64,000 nt of DNA, taken from NCBI RefSeq assembly GCF_030144855.1, contig NC_082717.1, positions 5,208,001 through 5,272,000 of the forward strand, in the 5' to 3' direction. A program made the position numbers and the translations under genes. Below are positions 1 through 9,300 of the stretch, in pieces (the stretch's first letter is position 1; every line of letters begins with the position of its first letter). Source of the stretch: Hypanus sabinus (lineage: Eukaryota). The notes beneath the pieces are model-generated. The model had not been told where the DNA came from. It saw nothing but the letters and a program-made list of their open reading frames with translations, and searched no databases.

Positions 1-296
1 GTCACCAAGATCAGCACAGCATTGTGGGCTGAATGGCCTGTCCAGTGATGAACTGTTCTATGTTCCAACAACTAGATCCTGATCACATTTCACACCCTCG
101 ATCTCAACCGCCCACCAGGATTGGTTTCCCCTAGAAACATCCCAAATACTGTCTCTGGTGAAGTTCTTGTCTCACACGTCAAATGAGTAGAATGTCTGGG
201 CCTTAAACTTTTCCACGTCTGATGAGTGTGTCTGTGCAGAAATCCATCCGGGGCTCCTCCCCCAGCGGTGGTCACACAGACGATTCTCACTGTGGT

Positions 297-325
297 TCAG
301 CTGGTAGACGGTGGTTTATTGTCAG
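297..325 (-). CDS. Possible terminal coding exon (A)DNKPPSTS-stop
   Basis: Acceptor ttgtttttgttacag|CT, phase 1 matching the donor at 2101, TGA at 299-297. An alternative reading is that this is 3'UTR containing AATAAA (320-315). Confidence 0.45.
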
Positions 326-3300
326 CTGTAACAAAAACAAGTTGTGTGAGATGAGCCGGTGAAGAATGGGAGAGTTAAACTGAGTGGCAGACACTGTCTG
401 AGTGATTTTCCTGAGTCTCTGACCATCGGGGATTTGGGGTCTCAGGTTTGAATCTCCTCTGCTGGCCCTGAGCGTGAACCTGTGGCCAGGGAAAATGAAT
501 TGGACGGTACTGACCATCATCTCAGGTTACTGCTGGATGCAAGGTGCTGAGGGCAGAAGCACCCATGGGTGGGGAACTTGAGCAGCAACACAATGTTGCT
601 GTTCTAATGCTGGACTCATATCAGGGGCCCTGAACAGACCATGCAAAGTGGATGTGGAGAACAGACCACTCAGTCCCTCCAATCTGTTCTGTCACTTCAT
701 CAGATAGTGGCCGATGGGTTTTAGCTCTAATCAACTTTCTCAGTACAAAACCAGTAAATTCTAGTTGGTTCCAATCAGGAATTCCCACCTGTGCTGAGAG
801 AGGGTTGCACATCTCCATGGCAACACCAGTGTGTTTCCAAAGCAGCTGGGCTATGGTGATGTTGTACAGTTGCCGCACATTCTGGATTCCCCATGAGAAC
901 AAATGGTTTCTCTGCATCCATCAGAATGGACTCAATTGACATTGGCTAATCCTCTCGTATCACATTCTGGGTGGGATCTCCAGTACAGAGGAACACAAGG
1001 GGATCAATGAGGTCACACCTAGTTGTACCATTTTCTGGTGTGTGATCTCCAGTGTACAGGAACACAAGAGGCTACAGAGAGAACAGGGCTCATCCAGTTT
1101 CATCATGAGTACAACTCTTCCCACCACTGAGAACATCTACAAGAGAAGATGTCTCAGGGAGGTGCCATCCATCAGAGAACCCCACCATCCGGCCGTATCT
1201 TCCACTTAATGCTGTCTTCAGGTAGTAGGCACAGGAGCCTGAAGTTACACACATCGAGGTGCAACAACAGCTTCTTCCCCACTGCCATCAGGGTCTTGAA
1301 CACACCTGGTTGCGGTTACTCTCCGTGCCATGTGGCCCTTTTTGGTGGCAAGATAGCCATTTTGTTAACATTCATCTGTTTTTCATAGGTCGAGTTGTCA
1401 GCTCAACACTCCACTGAGCATGGATGGGAAGTGTGCAAGGAACAAGCCAGATTCAAACCTGGGACCAATTGATTGAAGTCTGGTGTTGATGCCACTACAC
1501 CATTGACCAGCATGAAGAAACTTGAACTTGAAAATTAACTCTTCTAAACTGTCTAAACTGAGAGCACTGCAATTCAATTGTGCAAATAGCTGGGAACATC
1601 GAACCCTGCCTCATCTCGCCAGTAGATCTGGTTCAGATGACACTGTGAGCGTGTTCAGGGATTGATGTCCTTTCCCTGAATTCTTCATGAGGAGTTACTG
1701 ATGGATCCTGAAGAGGATGGGGAGTGTGAGTGGGAGGTTTGCCTCGGTCATCACCTTCCAAATTCCAATAACTCCTGTAACAGATTCTTTTGAAAATATC
1801 AGGGACAACACTTGCTCAGCCTTGAAACCAATGGAGGTGATGAACAACACTGGATCTTTTAGATACTCAGTTTTGCCAGGACTGTGAGGATGTGTGTACA
1901 CGGCTGAGTGACCTGATTCAGTAAAAGGTGTGAATTCACACCCTGGTCCCATTGGTCATCAGACTGAGCACCCGCTGACCCATTACCTCACTGGGCTCAT
2001 TGCTCACTGGGTGTTCCATCTAAAGACTTCTCCACATTCCCACCACTTCCACAGCAGTTGATATGGTTTAGTCACCCTGTCCAAAGATGTTGCTACGTAC
2101 CTTGGAGATGACCGTAGATGGACTGAGTGGGACGTTGCAGAGCCTAGTAGAGAACACAGAAATGGTGTGAACAGCAGCTTGACAGCCCATGCTGTGGGAA
2201 AAGTTTCAATGTTCCAGAGGTGACCTTCCTTACCATGTAGGTGTTGTTTGAATCGACCCCCTGGTGACCTCCTGAAACCTACAACAGAACAATTGAACCA
2301 TTACAAGGGTCTAAACATTGTCAACACTGGCTTTAAGATGAGAGGGGGAAGCTGAAAGGAAATGTGAAGGGCAAGTTACCTTCACACTACTCAGACAGAC
2401 TCTCTCTCAGTCGCAAGGCTGAGAGGGACATCACTCATGCAACAAACAGGAGCAGGAAACCACTCGCTGTTTCGATGTTACAATCTGCTGTGTCAGTTGT
2501 CTGAGTCCATAGAATCAATGACCGACAGAGTGTGCTGGGGCGTTCTTCCATCAACAACGCACACCACCTGCTGTCTCTGTGTTTCTCTCAGTATCCCGCA
2601 ACACTTTGGCAACATTGACCATTGGCAGCAAACCAAGAAAGGCTCCCATTTATTCCCACACTTTGCTTCCTGCCAGTCAGTCACTGCTTTCCTTACTCTG
2701 GCTCTCCTCTCAGCTATTCCCTTCTCCTCACCTGCCAGTCACCTCCCCATGTTGCCCTCTTCCCTGCTTTCCCCCAATAGTCTGCTCTCCTCTCCTATCA
2801 GATTCTTTGTTCTTCAGCCCTTTACCTTGCAACCTATCACCACCCAGCTTCTTTCTTCAGCCCCCTCCCCCAGCACCAATCTGAATCCACCTATCACTTT
2901 CTAGATTGTATTCCTACCCACCATCCCCGCAGCTTCTGATTCTGGCTTCTATGCCCATCCTTTCAAGACCTGACGAAGGGTTTTGGTCTGAAGCTCCAAT
3001 CTTTCTATAGATGCTGCCTGACCTGTAGAGTTTCTCCAGCATTTTGTCTGTGTTGCTCAGGATTAGTTTCATGTAGCATTCGGGTTGGCACAGCCATGAT
3101 GGGCAGAAGGGCCTGTTCCTGTGCTGTAGAGCTGTACGGTCTGTAGTCAATATCCAGGAACAGTTACACCACATAAAGTTGCAAATCATTCAGACATTGC
3201 AGAAATATTCAATGAACCACAATGTCACTGGGGAATATCCCTGATGTAAGAAGCCAAGAACATACCAGAGAGATCCCCACACAATTCTACTTATCAGAGA

Positions 3301-6300
3301 AAAGCATCAGAACTCACCGGGACACCCCTGGCCACGGAACCATTTTCATAAACTGCCCCTGGGCTCCGGTGATCAGTTGCTGTAGGTGGGTCTGTGAAAT
3401 AGAGTATAAAGTATCATTAACATCCGTCTCAGAGCTGTGAGTCCCACATTGTGTCACAACACAACGACGGGCTCTTTCACAATCAGTCCCCAACCTTCAC
3501 ATTTTAATAACTCCACACAACAATCGGATCAGAATGAACCATTTAGTCACACGTACGGGACGGGTGGTTTCTAAACGCTCTGCGTCTGATGAGGAAAATG
3601 CCTCCAGTGACAGCGAGAACTCCCAGCACGACAACCACAATGATCCAGGCCAGGTACGATGGGGCTCGGGACATCTCTGCTTGAGGAACGGAAAGGAAAT
3701 CACATCAGTGGGTAAACATCTGGGAAGCTCACTGTCAGTGTAGAAAGAATCCATTCGGCCCATCCTCCTGTGCCAGCTCTTTGAAAAAGGTGCTCACTAA
3801 TCCCAGTCCCCTCATCCCCCAGAGTCCTGTGAAAAGTTCTTTACAAGCATTTACCCAATCCCTGAAGGAATGATGTTGTTCCAGCTGCTGCACCGACTGA
3901 CCCAGTGGTGCAGTGGACTGAATAAAGCACAACCCTCAGAGACATCCTGTTCCCCGTTGCCCAATCCCTGAAGGAATGATGTTGTTCCAGCTGCTGCACC
4001 GACTGACCCAGTGGTGCAGTGGACTGAATAGAGCACAACCCTCAGAGACATCCTGTTCCCCGTTGCCATCTCACTGGAGACCAGAATTCCAGTAAGGTAT
4101 CATTACTCTTGTACTCAAATCTGTCCCACAATAATGGACAAGGGAGTTTCTTTCCAAATCACCAGTTGTACCTGCTTGCTGGGTTTGATCTTTGTGTACA
4201 AGGCCACCCAGATTCCCCAGGACATGAACGTCCCTCAGCTTGTCTCTTTGTTTCTGTTTTTCTCCCCAAGAGAATGATCTCGCATTTGTCCACATGAAAT
4301 TCCAACTGTCTTCACCTTGCACATTCACTCCTTGTGTCTACATCCCGAATGTCTCTGCACCCTCCTGACCAATCTCATTGCCACCAACTCTGCATCCCCA
4401 ACAGGCTTGGATACACTTGGTCCCCTCATTGATACAGATTGTTAGAGCTGGGGCCCAGCCCTGATCCCAGTCACTACTGACAGTCTTCCAGCCAGACAAT
4501 CACCCACTCTTCCCATTCCTTGTTCTCTGGACTATGCTCATTTCCATAGATGCTGTCTGGTCTGCTGAGTTCCTCCAGCATTTTGTGGAATTTGAACCTT
4601 CATCACCGGCATTGTAAGTCATTATGCTAATCACTACACTACCACGTTACATGATTGAAAGATTTACTAATGTTAATATAGACAACATCCACTTCTCAAC
4701 CCTGCATTATCTTCATCACCTCCTCAGAAAACTCAGTCAAGCTGATGAGATGTGACACTCTGCAGTAATAGGTGACAGAATCACTGTGCACCACGTCTGT
4801 GACTGTCAGGGTGAAGCTGCTGTTGGACGTGTCTCTGTAAGACTGGAATCTCTCAGTGAAACCCCATCCCCACTCTGGGCTGCCTCCTGCCCTGTGTGTT
4901 AAACCCACTCCATGTCCTGCCTGGGTAGTTTCCGATACCAGTGGACATCAGTGTGTTCCAGCCTGGATTTGCTCATGGTACACCATAACCACGCCGTGTG
5001 ACCCTCAGTGACACGCTGTATGCTCGGGGACTGGATAAGGACAGGAATGTCTGCACCTGTAAGGGAGAATATCGTCACTTCAAACACAGCTTGAGGCGTG
5101 TTTGGATGGAGTTGCTGTGTGGGGAATGTGGGCTTGAACAGTGTTCCTGAGACACAGAGGTGGAAAGAACAAGCCCTGTCTACAGAATGCCTCTGAAAGC
5201 CGAGGGTAGGAGACAAACACCCACTGCGTGTGGTAAGTGTTTTGAAGGTGCATCATGGTCTGGAGGAACATTGTGTCTTGAGCTTGTATACAGTATATGT
5301 TTTCTATCAAATCACAATAAACTTGAACTTGAACTATTACTAAGGCAAAGGTGCTTGTGATGCTGAAATCTATGAAATTAGATAAGTCCTCTGGACCACA
5401 TGGTCAACACCCGAGAGTTTTGAAAATGGTGGCTGAAGTGAATGCAGAGGCATACTTTAATGATCTTTCAAGATTCACTGGATTCCGAAATGGTTCTGAA
5501 AGACTGTAAAATTGTAAATGTCACTCCATTTATTCCCACTCTTTGCCTCCTGCCAGTCAATCAATTCTTTACCCATGCTAGTGTCTTCCCTGTAATACCA
5601 TGGGCTCTTATCTTGTAAAACAACCTCATGTGGACTTGTCAAAGGCCTTCTGAAAATCTGAGGGCTCAATATACATTGATTCTCCTTTCTCTACCCTGCC
5701 TGTTATTTCCTCAAAGAACTCGTCAGATTTGTCAGGCAGGATATCCCCTTAAAGAAACCGTGCTGACTTTACCCTATCTTATCATGTGCCTCCAAGTACG
5801 CCAAAACCTCGTCCTTAATAATGGGCTCCAACATCTTTCCAACCACTGAAGTCAAGCTAACTGACCTATAATTTCCTTTCTTTTGCTTCCCTCCCTTCTT
5901 AATGAGTGGAGTGACATTTTTGGGCCAAGAAAGAATGTTGTACCATTGGAGAGGGTCGAGAGGAAATTCCTGTGAGGAGTCACACACAAATTGTACTCTT
6001 CGCCATAAATGCTGCCTGTCCTGCTCAGTCCCTCCAGCATTTTGTGTGTGTAGCTCAGATTTCCAGCATCTGCAGATTTTCCCTTGTTTACGAGGGGTGA
6101 TTGATTAGTTTGTGGCCTATGGTAGAAGGAGTCAATTCTAGAAAACCTAGCAATATTCGATTGTCTGAAACAGAAATACCACAAAAGTTATTAACTTTAA
6201 ATTTTCTGTATAATTAATCAAAGACTTGAACTGCACATTGTTACGAACCCCGTAACTGGGTCACTTACCAGCAAAGATAGAGAGGTCCGGTGAAGTCTGA

Positions 6301-9300
6301 TGGTACTATTTTTAACAGTATTTATTGATAAAAAGACACAAAATAGTATCAATGCAACCATACAGATAATATACGTCGTCAATACTAAATCTAAACGTGC
6401 GGGTATAATAATAATCAATAAGAAATAGCTCTATCGTTGTCTAGGGGATGATGTATTGTCTGATGGAAATATAAAAGTCACTGTTCGTTCGTTCAAGCTG
6501 CAGCGTTTTGGTTTGAGAGAAAGACGGGTTAAAACTTGCCCAGTCCTTTTACGATGTTAATCCGTCGAGTCGTTGGGAGTTGGGTTCCCCGTTGCTAGCT
6601 AAAAGCTGTTTTTCCATGGTAAAGGGCACCGGATCCAGGGCAAGTGGAACCGAATGCATGTGGCCTCCCCACCAGCTTCCACTATTACGGGATCGCTAGC
6701 ATTTCTTCTGGTGCGTCTGAGGGGCTGTTCCCCCAGACCCTCTTTTATCCTGACTCACAGGGTCTCAGATGCCAATCAGGTTGGGGTGATGCAATCCCTC
6801 CCTCAACCAGCCCACTTTGCCTGAGGGCTTCCACGTAGCACAGTATTGCAATACACAAGTTTGTCTCCAAGAGACAATGGCTGTTTCCCGTAGCTTTATA
6901 TCGCTGGGGGGAACAAGACATTCCGCACATCTCTCTCTAATTTCCTGGGTCTCTGGACCCAAATCAATAGTGATCTTGCGATTCTCACAAAGGAGGGGGC
7001 TACCCCGCACCCTTTGGCCCCTCAGAGCTGTGGTACATTCATAACAAGATGTAGGTAACGAGAGCTGTATAACTCATCTCCTTATACCTTAGGCCACTGA
7101 CTTATCAATCAGCCCTCCTATGTCTACTGTTTACTATTTTCCATATTTGCTGCCTGGCCTGCTGAGTTCCTGCAGCATTTCGTGAATGTCAATTTTGACT
7201 TCCTGCATTTGAAGTTGTATTCAACCTTAGCTTTTTGGGAGAAGACAGAGAGTGGTAGTAGATGGTTGCTCTGACTGGAAGCCTGTGACTAGTGGGCCGA
7301 AACATGGCAGATGATATCCAATGCAGACAAGTGCAAGGTGTTACAATTCAGTTGAACCAAACAGGGTAGATCTTACATTGTGAACTTTGTGGTAGAACAA
7401 AGGGATCTGGGAATACAGGTCTGTAATTCATTGGAAGGCATCACAGGTAGTTTGGGTCATAAAGAAACCTTTTGGCACATTGGTATCCATAAATCAAAGT
7501 ATTGAGTACAGGAGATGGCATGTTATGTTGAAGTTGTGTAAGATGTCAGTGAGGCATAATTTGGAGTATTGTGTGTAATTCCAGTTCCTTACCTGTAGGA
7601 AAGATGTAAATAAGTTTGAAAGAGTACAGAGAAAATTTTTAAGGATGTCATCAGGACTAGAAGACCTGAACTTCGAGGAAAGATTTAATGTGTTTGGTCT
7701 TCATTCCATAGAATGTAAAAGATTGAGGGAGATTTGATAGAGGTATACATAATTGTGGGGGGTATAGATAGGATAAATGCAAACATGCTTTTTCCTCCGA
7801 GGTTGGGTGGGACTGCCACTGGATGACATGGATTGAGGGTGTAAGGTGAAAAGTTTAAGGAAAACATGAGAGAAATGTCCTTCATTCAGAGCGTCGTGAG
7901 AGTGTAGAATGAGTTGCCAGTGCAAGAGGTGCATGCGAGTTCGATGTCAACATTTAAGAGAAGTTTGGATAGGTTTGGATGATTGGTGGTATGCAGAGAC
8001 AAATAGGCTGAAGGCCTGTATCAGTGCTATATTTTCTATGACTTAGTGACTCTAATAATGTTGCTTCTGCCATTAATTGTATTCTCATACTTACTTTGAA
8101 TTTAATGGCCGGTCTATTTCTTTTACACACATCATTTTATCCTCTTCTCCTGTCCACTTGCTCAGACTGTTTTTTTTTAATTGGTAATATCGTCCAGTTC
8201 TGACAACTCACACCCACAGGGAGAGCTCTCAGTAAGCTGGTTTATTATTGTCACACATACTGAGGAACAAAGAAAAACCTGTTCACCCACAAAATGATTC
8301 GCCAAGATTTTCTATATTATTCCAGAGTACTTGTCCTTTCCCACTTTTCCATTTCCCAACTGTTACCAGTTTACACTCCAGGGGAAACCATCCGACTCTC
8401 TGTTCTACTGGGGACATTACAGAACCCCCTGTGTCTGACAGTCATCGTGTGAAGGTTGGATACTGAGATGCTGTTATTGTCAGTGTAAACTGACGTTGAC
8501 TTACCAGTTACATTGAGCTGCGTTCCTCCTCCGTAGATGTAATTCCACACACTGCAGTTGTACGCTGCAGTGTCACTAATAGATGTGTTGCTGATGGTCA
8601 GAATGTAACTGTTACTCACGCCATTCCTGTGAGACTGAAAACGGTCAGAGATACCCCCGGACCTGCTCACCGAGTCATTCACAAAGTGACTCAACACCCA
8701 CTCGCTCTTGTTCCTAGGCCGCTGGTGGTACCAGTGGACATCGGTGACATTGACACTGGCGTTATACAAGGCACAGTGGAGCTGGACAGTTACTCCCTCT
8801 GGCACCTTGCTGACCGGTGGATACTGCACAAGGACGGGATCATCTGCGGGATCTGTGTGTTGGATATGGATATATTAATGTATATTTACAAGGCAGTATA
8901 TTTCCCCCGCATTTGACAATTTCTAAAATTTAAATAAACGTTATCAACAAGAACAATTTTCAATCTCTTTACTGAAGTCAGTTATATCTGGTTGGTTCTG
9001 ATGTTTTGGCTGCCCTACAGTCATGGGATCTGTTAAAAGATTGGAGAGAGTTCTGAAGACCATGTTGCATCAGTTGATAATATTTCTCCCTTTATCCCTG
9101 ACCAGTCCTACCTTCTGTCTAGCCATTCTCCTGTTCCTCAGGTATGTGTAGAGTGTCTTGAGGGTTTCCTTATTCATAATCCCCAAGAATCCTTCCAGCT
9201 CTCCCAAGTCCCAACCGAAGATCCTTCTTTATAACTTTGAAGACCCCCATCTGATGTTTTACTTCATAAACTTTAAGTGTACATCCTTCTTCCTCTTGAC

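Larger units (their letters stand above)
3720..4330 (-). mobile_element. Old, diverged CR1 3' fragment
   Basis: The minus strand shows a DKCEII-like remnant, an RVV..SF..L.K.L C-terminus, and the tail ttcaaagagctggcacagg..gatgggccgaatgg resembling other CR1 tails in the window. Confidence 0.6.

Noticed and set aside
621-917. ORF containing [14 protein letters not shown], loosely like the TCR-delta TM motif (LRMLFAKT)
   Set aside because: No continuous hydrophobic helix, no convincing splice sites and no C domain nearby.
1695-1952. ORF with SAVYT, considered as a C1 or other Ig exon
   Set aside because: No Cys/Trp Ig framework in the frames inspected. No constant-domain exon was found anywhere in the window.
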